From Gordius albopunctatus (Eukaryota), in contig OZ193910.1 in NCBI GenBank assembly GCA_964276515.1, positions 806,001 through 870,000 of the forward strand: a stretch of 64,000 nt of DNA, written 5' to 3'. Every line of letters starts with the position of its first letter. Within the stretch, counting starts at the first letter, position 1. Below are positions 1 to 12,356 of the stretch, one piece after another. Under the pieces are notes generated by a model. That model was not told the DNA's origin. It made no database searches and was given only the letters and a program-made list of their open reading frames with translations. Position numbers and translations under genes: made by a program.

Positions 1-3000
1 TACTGGCCCACCACGTACATGATGTTAGAGGCTATGATGGCCTTGTTGTCTTTGCCCCTCTTCTGTTCGCACAAGTAGAGGAGGTCTTTGATGACTGTAA
101 CCAAAAATCTTTTTTCGTCTTCCTCGTGCATAGCCCCACTGATCGATCCGATGGCCCAGCACAGCTGTGTTCAATGAATAGAGATTTGTTTTAATTTCGC
201 ACTGAAATTAAGGAGGCATAAAAAGTGTGCTACTACCGTATTCAAGTTTTTCCAAGACCATTCGCTCCTATTCACTTGCTTCTGCAATTTTTCCAACATG
301 ATCCGCTCGGTATCCGCGTAATCCAAATGAGTCAAATACACTGAAAACGACAAATGATAATTGTATATCATGTGCACGCATGCATGCATTGGTGTTGTTA
401 TAACGGTCGGCTTTTGTTTGGAGAACTATTGGTCTGCTTATCCTTAGTCAACTAAAACCCCCCAGCCCCGTTTACAGCACTGGTATAATACACCAACATA
501 ATAAAGAGTAGATAAATGTATGCGCCTGAATGTTTGCAAAAGTGGCTGGGTTTCCCTTGGTCGACCCCTGTGGTTCAACTAAGGGCCAACTCTGCTCTCT
601 TTTTCAAATGAATATTAGGAGCCCAAGACAGAAAAGCTTTTGATGTTTGGTCGATGATGCAAAATCAAAGCAAAACCCAGCTATTATGCGTTTGTGTACC
701 CAATGTTTCCCTCATGTTTTTGTAGAGGTTTATGGCGTCCGTGTCTTTCATAAATTCCCGCACGACTTCCCCCTGATCATTCTCCACCACCAACACTTCT
801 TCCGGTCTAGCCATTCTACTCACCATCGTAACTCTCAGCTGTAAATAAAAACAGAAATAGGTAGGAAGGAGGAGCATATTATTAAATTCATTCATTTCAA
901 CGATTCTTACTTCACTAATAATTTCTTGGTACAATCTCCATCTAGGAGGCATATCAACCGTTCCAGCAAATATGTAAGTGGATATCGGTTTTTCCCTGTA
1001 AAGGCTAGATGCCAACACATTCCAATATTCCAGGCATATTTTGAATATCTCAATTTCCTCAACGTTCGATATGAGCAGTAGATAGATGTGGCCCTAAATA
1101 GAGATTATATTGAAAATTTGTAATTTTATTCCCAACACTCATGTAAATTACTGTTTTAGCGTTCAAGGACTTCACTTTTAAAACAAGTTTAATGTACCAT
1201 TTTTCAAACAGAAGCGGGGGATGATATATTTAGAAAAAAAGTAGAGACTTTGATTAATACAGCAATGGGTGCGCAGAAAAATATTGTTTAAAAATATGCC
1301 ATTAATTATGTAAAAAAGTGCAGATTGACTGACTTTAAACTTGATAAAAATTATAATTTTATCTGTTAATACAATTAAAGTTTTCCCCCCAAAATTAAGC
1401 ATGTAAATTTAAAATATTACTCTTTAAAATATGAAAGGGACACTTACTATTAGTAATTATAAATTAGTTTAATAAAGATTCAACAATATGTTTTTTTAAT
1501 CATTAATTTATATGTATTGCTACTAGCTAATCATAAATAAATATTTTTTAATCAATAGTTTTCTAGAAGAGCTAATAGAAAGAAACAAAAAAAATTGATA
1601 AAGTATTATGAATACACCCTTACTTCTAAGCATGATTTAAAATGAAATAAGACTTAATATTAAATTTGAGGATGATAAGATTATACTCTCGGCGCGCCAA
1701 ACGTTTCCCACCCACCTTTTAACACACTGGACAGTGAAAAGGAGGAGTAAAAAATAATAAAAACGGACTTCATAATTAGGTTTTACTTTTAAATAACAAA
1801 TTATTTATTATTATGAATTCAATATAATTATGTAAGCACCTGCTTTAAAATATCTCTCATTTCCTCATTTTTTTCAATCAGACTTCCATGCTCTTTTAAG
1901 TAAGTTGATAAAAACATACTTAAATTTTGAATAAAATTTTGTTCATCATCAGAACCTGAAGCATATGCATCTTTTATATTTGTAGCTATGGGTAGCATAG
2001 CAAGTAATTGCTGCATTGTGGATGAATATAAAAAGACAAATTGTTCATCATATTGAGGAGCTTTCAATCCAGCTAATAATAGAATAAATATAAAAAACAA
2101 ATAATTATATGCTTACCAATTTCAGTTAGGCATTTTAAAGTTGTATTTCTGAATAATGGTACATTTAAAAACTATAAAAAATTAGAGTAAATTATATTGT
2201 TTTAAACAATACTCTATGAATAAGTGTTGTAATTAATTTTGTTTCAAATATATATCCCAATGGGATCCAACTGAGAAATTTTAGCAAAGTTTCTAGTGTC
2301 ACTAACACAAGAGGTGCATTCTGGGAATTGTCCTAATAAAATGTTAAGGTCAAAAAATTAAATATTTCTTTACCATAACAAACTGACATAGTTGGAATAT
2401 CTGCATGAATTCTTTACACATTTGATCTTTTAAATGTTTAATTTTGCTTTGTGTCATTTGCCCCAAAGAAAAATCAAAAACCTCTTCACTATATAAAATT
2501 TAAAAGCTTTTAATGTATAAAAAACCTAAGGAGCTTCAATATAATCATATTATTTTGACACAATGATTCATTTGTTTTACTAGCTCCAACAATTTCAGGA
2601 ATAAAAGATGGCCAATTATGAGGCCACTCTTTCTTTAGAATCTTGAAAATAAGTTAGATTAGCAAAAAAAGATGCCTTAATACTTGCACTAGAATAATAT
2701 TGAGCTTCCCCAAATACATCTTTTCCTTCTCCATAGAATCTTGACTAGAAGAAATTTTGATTATTAGGCTTACAATATATTTTTTTATGCCTGCAGAATA
2801 ATATAGAAAAATACAAACTATTATAATCAACCTTCACATTGAGCTGGAGGTAATGCTTTCCACCTCACTTTAATGGCATGCTCCAAAATTTGAAGAGCAA
2901 AATATTTTGTTTGCTGATTGCTAGAAAATTCAAGTATGGAATCAACCCGAGTCCAAGACTCGGGATGCTCTTTTAGATGAGTTAGTATTTCTTGGGCAAC

Positions 3001-3155
3001 CTTTTGCTATTACAACATTGAGACAACTTACAATCATTCTTTACTTGATTACTATCCCCAGAATACATAGTACTAATGACGTTATCCAAAAGATTTATAT
3101 CTAATTTTTGCCCAAAATCTAAAAGCCTTTGGCCCTGCTCTGCGCCCATTATCAT
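1..3155 (-). CDS. XPO1: Exportin-1 (CRM1), 5' part; runs off the window's left edge. Exons 3155-3045, 3006-2832, 2790-2684, 2641-2526, 2488-2374, 2332-2213, 2171-2117, 2072-1840, 1093-911, 838-700, 340-237, 164-1
   Basis: Spliced translation is colinear with CRM1: [130 protein letters not shown]. All introns are GT-AG and keep the frame. Confidence 0.97.
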
Positions 3156-4199
3156 CTATAAATTAATTAAATAACTTCCTTGTCTTATTTACTATTTATT
3201 ATAAACTTCAACCGGTTTTAACTGGATTATGTACAAAAAATAACTTTGAATTTGCTACAAATTTCGATTAAAACAATTAGTCAGTTGGGGACATTAGATT
3301 TTACCTCGGTTAGTTTATGGTTAAAAATTCGTTCAACTAATTGTTTACAATTTATACACACTGCAAGCGCGTCTCAAATCCCCAAAATTAAAAAAAACTT
3401 GATTAATAAATAAATATAATGGGTTAAAATATTTAGATTTAGTTGTAAAAACGATTTTGAGAAACATGCGAACACCTGGGAAGATTATATATGCATTTTG
3501 ATTTTATTTAAATTTTCGGAAAAAAATTATAATAAAAAGATACTTAACTCGTTCCTTTCTACTACTTTATCTGATCCCGTTCAAGGCCAAAATTCATTTT
3601 TATTTTTGTGCCTGCGGGTTTTGGCATTTATGGTATGTTAGTTTAAAATATATATAAAATAATTATTTCTAGTTGACCGCTGATTGGCTTTAATTTGTTC
3701 GACCTCGCTCGAGCCTAATACCCATTATTGTTCATGGGCCCGACCCGAATAATTATCTTTATATATAAACTTCTCTTGGAAATTTGTCTAGGCTGTTGCT
3801 TTATAACGGGTGATTGCGGAACTGGCTAAATAATTCCCTGCAAATTAATGATGACTGTTGCTTACATCTAATTCGTCTGATCACGGCCAAAATCTTATAT
3901 AATTTTTGTGCCTGCAGGTTTTGGTGTTTATTGTAGCTTCAAATATAACTCGTTCCACAACCACGGGCTAAGGCCAAAACGATTATGTTTTAATATTTTT
4001 CGCATATATACTAATAACCGTTGTTTAAATTAATTTTTCTAACCGCCGCCCGATGCCAAATTTTCTAGATCAAAAATGTATATATTTATCTGACCCCAGC
4101 TTAGAGTTTAACCATTTACAATAGCACAGGATAAATCTTTTACCCGCAAGGCTTTCTCCTATACCCTCTCCCAACCTTCCCTTTAATCCCTCTCCCTCT

Positions 4200-4250
4200 T
4201 GACCGTTGCGTGCGGGTCTAACTCCTTTACCACTGAGCTAACGTGCCCCT
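4200..4250 (-). repeat. tRNA-like 5' half (A-box), probably a SINE/tRNA-derived remnant
   Basis: Minus strand reads GCACGTTAGCTCAGTGGTAAAG (D-arm/A-box-like); no T-arm or acceptor stem follows. Confidence 0.35.
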
Positions 4251-5019
4251 CACCCTCACGTCCTCCTTTATACCCCTTCACCCCAAACTTTTGCCCTCAA
4301 CAAGGCTTACTAGCGTCGACGCAACTAACTACACATTCATCGCTAGGGCTCATATTATTCGATAACTCATAGGAGATTAATTTTTTTATAATAGTATGGT
4401 CGACAAAATTTTAACCAACAAATTTTGTATAAATTTTCTACAAATCATTTAATCCTCTTCGGTCGGATTTATGTTGTAAATAATTTTTACAATATATCTA
4501 AAATGAGTTATTTTATTTTTATAATTTTAAGAGTTTGTAACACAGTTTTAATATGAAAAATTCTAGTTTGTCGAGCTAAAGACGCCACTTTTTAATTAAA
4601 ATAGCCCGTTTTCTATACGTTCTAACATTGTTATTAATTAACAACTTTTGTTTTAGCAAATATTAAGCCTTGCAAATTCTTTTTTTGTACTCCTGTCAGC
4701 AAAAAATGATATGCCTTTTGTTGCCTTAAAATGATTGATGCCCGCTATGGAAATTTTATTTGTTCTAATCCCTGTTTATAGTTTGACCATTCAGCACAAT
4801 ATAAATATTTCACTCTTATAGGCCTTCTCCACCCCCCCCCTCCCCTGTAGGGGTTTATTCCTACTTTATTAATATAAAACCAAAGATCCCTATCTAATGT
4901 TAAGCATTAGCTTATATACCATTGTAAAGAGGTTAATATGAATAACTCGTAAGGTAGTTGGGGGCTATTCAAATTATAATGATTGTGAATAGAATAAGGA
5001 GGAGTATGAATGATGTGTA

Positions 5020-6748
5020 TTTTTTTGTTAAAAAGTTTATTTTCACGAAACAAAGTTACATAAATAAGCGAAATACAAAAATAAAGACATATTGGTTAAA
5101 TACAAAGATCTATATCATTCTCTTCTAAAATGGGTCATGAGTCGGCAAAGGATTTAAATTTGTATCGTGCAACAAGAATCCCTAGTTGTTGCCTGAGTAA
5201 AAAGGACGCAGAAATTTTAGATTTCGGGGTGCGTTTTCCGATTTATTAAAAAAACCCCATTGCCTGTTTGCCAAAGGAACCGGAGCACGTGGCAACGACA
5301 GGGATAGGATAAAAATATTGGATGCCAAAAGGGCAGAATACTTTGTAGTTTTCCGCCTTTCTTCTGTAGCGATAGGGTCGTAATTAAAATGGGAAGGGGC
5401 AAAAAGGTCAATACAAGTAAAATCCCATTTGAGGGATAGGCCATTTTGCCAGGGGACTAGAGAAGAGCCGTCAGGGCGCATCCTACCTTCAAGAGAGGGA
5501 TCTGACGGCTCAAGTATTGAGGGGATTTTTGCCTTTTTAAGGGAAGCTTGAATTAATAAATTCGCTTTAGTGTGCCTAACATATTTATATTTGTTTGCTA
5601 GGCAGTATATAGGGTGCCTAGCATATTCGTCTACAACGGTAAGGCAATTTTGACAGTTGAATTCTCTGCTGTAACTAATCCCCAACCTTAAAGCTATGGA
5701 ATATGATAGCTCAAGGTCTTCAAGCAGCTTTCCCAAAAGTTTGCTGGGATAGGCTTCAAGCCACTCGTGACCGGAACCGTCAAAAGCGAGGAACCTAAGT
5801 TTGTAATGCTGGCTATCATAGCTGCTCGATAAAAGGTAATCAACGGAGCGCGATACTATTCCAGAATTCCAATCCTTTTGTCTCGTACTTTGAGGTTGAA
5901 TGGTCTCGGGTATGACATTCAAATTCCAAAGCTCTAAGGCGTGAGTTAGAAGGGGGTCGGAATCATGTTTTATGAGATTAAAAATTAAGTTTTGGACCGA
6001 CTTGAAAGAGGAAATAAAAGCGGCTAGCGATATGCTGCCGGGAGGGCGAATTCCTAATCCTCCAGATTTGGTTGGGAGGGATGCTTGAATCCAATTGTTA
6101 ATATTAAATTTAAAAATTTTTCTAATAAAGTTTTTAAAAAGCCTTCGTACGACTTTAAAACGTCTGGGTGTAAAAATGCGCCAGATGAGGGAAAACAATG
6201 ATTAATCTTTGAAATGTTAAAATAGTTTTTGATTATGTAAATGAGTGATGCGCTGGCAAATATTTTAAAAGTTCCGTTTTAGATTTTAAAATTTCAAGGT
6301 TCTTATGAAGAAAATTTAAGAGAGATTTTTCACCGCCAATGGGTGATCCCAAAAGGGATATGTTTTCTTTCTCTAAAACTAAAAAAGTTTTAAAAATTGG
6401 AAAGTCAATAGTGTTGGGGGTCTGAAAGGTTTAACATTTTTTCGAGTTTAATTTAAGATTCAGAGTGGGTTCAAAATTTTTGATAATTTGTATAGATTTA
6501 CTGATCTCCTCCGGGCGGCCACATAGGGTGGCGTCGTCGAGATACAAAACATTTAAATCCAGGGTACACTGAGATGATATAGCCTCGACTAAATTATGAA
6601 TGGCTAAACAAAACAAAGGAGGGTCTAATGGATCTCCTTGTTGGATGCGTTCGGACGAGTCAATGACGTATTCGCCGAATCGAAGCTTGGTTGTAGAACC
6701 ATAGCTTAATAAAATGTAATTTAGAAATTGCACAAATTCAGCTAAATC
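5020..6748 (-). mobile_element. 5'-truncated CRE-clade non-LTR retrotransposon (RT C-terminal part, CCHC knuckle, restriction-like endonuclease), frameshifted
   Basis: RT motifs QQGDPLDPPLF and YLDD (6431-6733); LPTKSGGLG, CQNC..H...C, RH, RPDG..PW...WDFT (5182-6198); short A-tail at 5020-5026; 38-bp direct repeats at 4982-5019 and 6749-6786 with one mismatch. Confidence 0.9.
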
Positions 6749-6875
6749 ATTGTGAATAGAATAAGGAGGAGTATGAATAATGTGTAATCAAATATAGTAA
6801 GAAGGAATGTGAACAAAGTGATATCCTAATCATAAATGTACCACTATTCTAATTAGGTAATACCATACCCCTCCT

Positions 6876-6923
6876 CCATAAACTTGCATAGCAAATGTGC
6901 TACGTCTATACACAGTATGGGCG
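6876..6923 (+). repeat. Isolated 3' end of the HINE/DINE-1-like family (subterminal inverted repeat plus stem-loop)
   Basis: CCATAAACTTGCATAGCAA followed by hairpin CGTCTATAC-ACA-GTATGGGCG, matching the 3' ends at 10826-10873 and 44938-44984. Confidence 0.7.
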
Positions 6924-7639
6924 AGTTTTGTATAAAGTCTACATAAGAACAAGACGCAAGTCCGAAAAATAAATATGGGCTCCAGGGACGGAGCCCAGTG
7001 GAGAGTTGGGGGAAGAGCCCCGACGGGGTCGATGCCCCCCTCTCTATTTATAATTTAGGCGCTGACACTGATACGCTTGTTAGCATATATTCAAAGTTTA
7101 ATTGTTTTTAACTTCTTTTTATATATAACCTAACGAACGATATATTCTGCAAAATATATATGACAGTGATTTTTTCGCTTTTTGATATATATTGCTAAAT
7201 GGAATTAAAACTAATGGATTCCATCGAGTTTTCAAATTATAAATTCTTTGTAAAACTATTAACTATTTTTCACTTCGCTATTTTCGTCAATGTTATACGT
7301 ATAAACTACATAGACTGCTCGCCATATTTTTATATGGTAAGATATGTACCATCAAATAAGTCATTTTAAATTTAACTGTCTCCCATGTCTTTCTCCAGTG
7401 TACCCCATTGTTTAAACAGAAAATTGAATTTATCCTCTTAATTAGTTAATAAATAAAAAAAATGCCAATAAATGATTATATAATAAAATGCAGGTGTCAC
7501 TCTATTTCTTTAACATCACATCATTACACTATTTTATTTAAATGTATTTTGTAAATGATATTTATTTTAAAATGTTGTTTTTAATGTCTTTAAAGTAAAT
7601 ATTTACTTTATTTGTTACTAATAAAAAAGGGAAATGAAA

Positions 7640-7850
7640 AGAGTTCGTAAGAAGTGTTTTAAGCTCCTTTAAATAATCGCGAATTAATTGAATAAAGCAA
7701 TTACATTTAGTGCTGAATCTGCGAGGTATATGTGATTGGTCCATTAGTGTCGCGAAGCTAAGGTCATGTAAATGAGTCAATTAAGTTTCGAAGTAGAGTT
7801 AAGTAATATGCCGCGAGCAATCAATTAAATATTATGTATGCAACACTACA
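7640..7850 (-). repeat. Interspersed repeat, inverted copy of 14627-14915
   Basis: The reverse complement shares long blocks with 14627-14915, e.g. GCATATTACTTAACTCTACTTCGAAACTTAATTGACTCATTTA and TTTATTCAATTAATTCGCGATTAT. Confidence 0.8.
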
Positions 7851-8504
7851 TGTCTAACGAGTTCAATATTTTTATTATGTTTGAAAATTTAATTAAACTA
7901 AATTACAAGAATCTATACGTCCTTTCCATATATGCGCACAATTCAAAATGGTAGAAAAGCGGTACAACTATTTAAAGTTGTTGAGCTGTCTATCTAAATT
8001 ATGATTATATAATATAAAAACGATTAAGACAAAATTAAATGTGAGTAAATAAAAATCTAAATCAAATTAAATGAAAACTTTTAAAGCGTTTAAGATAGAG
8101 TGCATATATTTGGCTTTGGACTTGATCAAAAAAGTTCAGAATAATATATATTTCCCTATTATCAACTTAAAACATTTATAATTGATGCTCGAAGTTTTCG
8201 CTTCTCAAATGATGGTCATTTAAGCGATTTTGACTGCACTTAAATTAATTCTGAAATTTGTTTAAAAGAGGAAAGATTTTATAGATGCCTGTAAGGGGCT
8301 CTTATCTATATACCTTAAGTATGATTAAGCTATCTATTAAATAACAATTAATTAACTTTCCAGATTATCTTTGAGATAGTTGTTTACACTGTTTATTGAA
8401 TGAAATAAATCTGTTCAATGTATAGAGAACGTTAAAGTATAGGTAAGATTAAAATGTATCTCACTAAAATATATTCTCTTTTTTTAGTTTTCAAATCACC
8501 CATA

Positions 8505-10875
8505 TTAATTGCTATGCAATTTATGGGCTCGTTTTTGGTTGTCCGTCCGTCCGTCCGTCCGTCCACCAAGTTATTTACACCAGCTTCCCGACCTGGAGGT
8601 TGCGGGTTCGAGACCCGGAGAGGACAAAATTTTTTTTTTTTCAAATTAAATTAATATTTTGTTCTTGTTAATACCATTGATAATATGACTTTTTGACCGT
8701 CCGCAGGCTACTGACCAATGAAAAAATGACCACTGGCCAGATAAATCGAAATTTTTAATTTTTCGTTTTTGAATAGTTTAACATTGATAATTACCCTATG
8801 CCCTCCCCTACAAGGGCCTATGGCTCTATTTATATGGTTCCCTGTTCCCCTCCAAAGGCTTATGCCTCTATTTAATGTGGGTTCGAATCCCGGAAGGACA
8901 AAATTTTTATTTTTTTAATTAATTTAATATTTTGTTCTTGTTAATACCATTGATAATATGACTTTTTGACCGTCCGCTGGCTACTGACCAATGAAAAAAT
9001 GAACATTGGCCAAATAAATCCTAATTTTTCGTTTTTCCTTTTTGAATAAGTTAACATTGATAATTGAAAAAAATTACCATTGGCCAAATAAATCAAAATT
9101 TTTTGTTCGTTTTTGAATAGGTTAACATTGATAATTACCCTATACTTTTTAATAATTGCTATGCAATTTATCTAGTTTTTGGGTTAGAATCCCGGAGTTT
9201 TTTTTGACTCTTATGATTGTTCTTGTAACTATCAATGATAATAAGACTTTTTGGCCGTCCGCTGGCTGCTGACCAATGAAAAAAATGACCATTGTCCAAA
9301 ATGTATATCCGAGTTTATTTTTTCGTTTTTTTTGTATATTATGATTGTTCCTGTTCCTACCATTGCTATTATGACTTTTTGGCCGTCCGCTGGCTGCTGA
9401 CCAATGGAATAAAATGACCTTTGGCCAAAATGTGATTCGAAAATTTTTTTTTTGTTTTTTTTTTGACTGTTATGAATTTATATCCACTTTTACCGTGTCC
9501 TGGCTGCTGACCAATGGAAAAAAATGACCATTGGCCAAAATATGAATCGAAATTATTTTTTCCGTTTTTTTTGACTATTATGATTGTTCCTGTTTCTACC
9601 ATTGCTATTATGACTTTTTGGCCGTCCGCTGGCTGCTGACCAATGGAATAAAATGACCATTGACCAAAATGTGATTCTAAAACTTTTTTTTTCGTTTTTT
9701 TTGACTATTATGAATTTATATCCACTTTTACCGTGTCCTGACTGCTGACCAATGGAAAAAATGACCTTTGGCCAAAATGTGATTCGAAAATTTTTTTTTC
9801 GTTTTTTTTGACTGTTATGAATTTATATCCACTTTTACCGTGTCCTGGCTGCTGACCAATGGAAAAAAATGACCATTGGCCAAAATGTGAATCGAAATTA
9901 TTTTTTCCGTTTTTTTGGCTATCATTGACTTATAGAGTATCTGTTGGTACTGACCAATGCAGAAGAAATGACCATTGGCCAAATTTTTGATTTTTTTAAT
10001 TAAAAATTGTTCAAATTCAACAAAAAATTTCTCCCAACAATTCTGCAAATTCTTAACATTGTGGTGTTTTATAATATAATGTTTGTTAGACCCATAATCA
10101 CTAGAGGCCATAAAAACTAATGTAATATTTTTATTTATTCTCAAATGTGATATTTTGTTCATGATTGTTTTTTGCATGTGCTAGTGTTTAGGTTTTCAAC
10201 ATTAATATTCTTTCATATACATTTTTACACATTGAATTATTTATTTTAAAGATTACTATATTTTGTTTTTTTGTGTTCTTGCATAAAATTAGGTTTTGTC
10301 TTTCATTTATCTACATTATAAATTGTTTATTAAAATAGGGGTCGGGGCTAGTCGGAGAGGGGCTATCGCTAGCCATTTTTCATTGCGTTTTACAAATGGC
10401 ATGATAAAAAGAAAAAATAATCATATTACATTTGCATTTTCTACATTTTTTATAAAGAAACAATCTTTTTATTGATATGAGTTAGCCTACACTAAAAAAA
10501 GTGAAAACTTCAGAGTTAATTTATGGGCTATGACTAACCCCGGGCACTTTTAAAAAATTTAGGATTTCCATTTTTTTTGAATTTATTTTGTGAAAAAATT
10601 ATTACTTATTTCCCTCCAAATTTTCTTCCTATATTAAAAATAGTCTTTAAAAATAGACAAGTAAAAATTTGTCTACCTAAATATAAATTAATACAACTGT
10701 TTCCCGTAGAATTTAACTAACCATAAAGCTTGCCCTTCGCTCCCTCTCTCCCCCTTTATGATATTTGGCATATACACTTATTTAGTGCTTCCAACCTTCG
10801 TTTTGCAATATTCACGTAAGTATTTCCATAAATTGCATAGCAAATATGATACATTTATACGGAGTGTAGATGTTT
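8505..10875 (+). mobile_element. DINE-1/HINE-like non-autonomous Helentron element with internal ~120-bp tandem repeats
   Basis: Perfect 18-bp subterminal inverted repeat TTGCTATGCAATTTATGG (8509-8526 / 10826-10843); (GTCC)6 at 8541-8564; repeated CTGACCAATG-A-run-TGACCATTGGCCAAA units at ~8700-9985; 3' stem-loop 10851-10873 followed by T-rich sequence. Confidence 0.8.
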
Positions 10876-10929
10876 ATTTATTTCGACAAAATTTCGATTT
10901 TTATAAAATGCATATATAAAATAAACTCA

Positions 10930-12356
10930 TTAATATATTATTTTCACTGTAAATCCAGTTAAGGCTGATATTGCAAACATTCCCAAGTAATATGGGAGCA
11001 ACTTTTTGTAATTACTCAAATCGCTTACGCACAACAACAATTCCTTAGAGTAATCTTGAACTTTAATTATTTCCAGTATCAAGTAAATTTGTTCTTGAAC
11101 TTTGCCATAGATGTCATAAAGACTATTCATACTTTTCTCTTGAACGCTAACAACCCTTTTGCTTGCCTTTACTTCTCTACTTTTCCTATCCTCCTTTATG
11201 CTATGCATACTTGTTTCTTTGTCATGTCTTTTCTTGTTTCTTGACTTTCCACTCTTCTTTCTCATCCTTTGCCTAGAGATAATTTTGCGCAATTTAATTT
11301 CCGACATTTTATTTTGGAGTTGCTTCTCGTAATCGATCATTTGTTTGTGCTGTTTTAAGGCCTCCACGTCTGTATCAATCTCATTTGCAGCAAGATTCGA
11401 ATTTGCAATCCTGTCATTTTTATCATCTGTCGCGACTACCTCGATGCCTCTTTGTTTATCATCGCCAGATAAATTGCTTTGTAAATTCTCATGCATTGGG
11501 CTATTACTAAAGTGAGGTGAAGTGCTTTTCATGGTATTTAAGGGATTATTCGTAACATTCGCAGCAGGTATAGTGATTATATCAAAAGGCACCTTGCAAA
11601 GTGAACACACAGGAGGACATCTTCTATAATTGGCGTTAGAGATAATTATAGGACTTTTACAATGATAACAGCAGATAGAATATTCAGATAGATTTGATGT
11701 TTCTCCTTCTGATACTTCATGATGAGAAGTCAAAATATTTAAAATGGTTTTTCTTTTATCAGACAGCGCTTGGTCTACGCCCATATAATCCCCTTTCTCT
11801 AAATTTAATCTTTCATTTTGAACATTATCATATTTTTCCAAGGATTCTTCTCCGCGACATTCTACCTCCTCAATTTTTTCACATCCGACCACAAGCTTAA
11901 ATCTATATTTAAATATTTTATATAGAATTAAAACTATTTCTCACCTTTTTTCAAACTCAAAATTATCATTCAAGCATCTGTTCAAATCATTTTTCTGTTC
12001 GCCCATGGATTTAATTACTATCTTTATCACAATATCGTTGAGAGTAAATGTTTTGACGTTTTGTCCAAATGGAAATAACGTAAACTATAGAAAATAATTT
12101 TGAAAATTTTTAAAAATAATTAAATTATGTAGCTAACCGTTATAATTGCTTCTTCTCTCGCTTTTAGGTATCCAGTGGTCGGGAATGAGGATATGTTAGT
12201 TTTATCAAAGATATGGACGACATAAAAGATGTTAAACGATGATAGATTAATCATTTTTAAATGTGATTTACTTTCTTTATTAATGGGTTTTACAAAATCA
12301 ATTACCTTTTTGGGTTCAAATACAATTAATCTATCGATTGGTCTCATAATAGTCAT
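10930..12356 (-). CDS. MSP-domain, VAP-like tail-anchored protein (~443 aa). Exons 12356-12138, 12084-11945, 11902-10930
   Basis: N-terminus fits an MSP domain pattern (IVFEPKKVIDFVKPINKESKSHLKMINLS...PTTGYLKAREEAIITFTL). Two GT-AG introns (53 and 42 nt) keep the frame. Then a CxxC...CxxC cluster, a coiled-coil/basic region and a C-terminal hydrophobic anchor (YYLGMFAISALTGFTVKIIY). Confidence 0.75.

Noticed and set aside
8580..8625. A tRNA gene
   Set aside because: Only a T-arm-like piece is present, with no D-arm or acceptor pairing, and it repeats within the element.
8700..9985. Regularly spaced, partly palindromic repeats resembling a CRISPR array (also 43500-44160)
   Set aside because: The sequence between the motifs is itself repeated rather than unique, there are no cas genes, and the context is eukaryotic; it is a satellite inside a HINE-like element.
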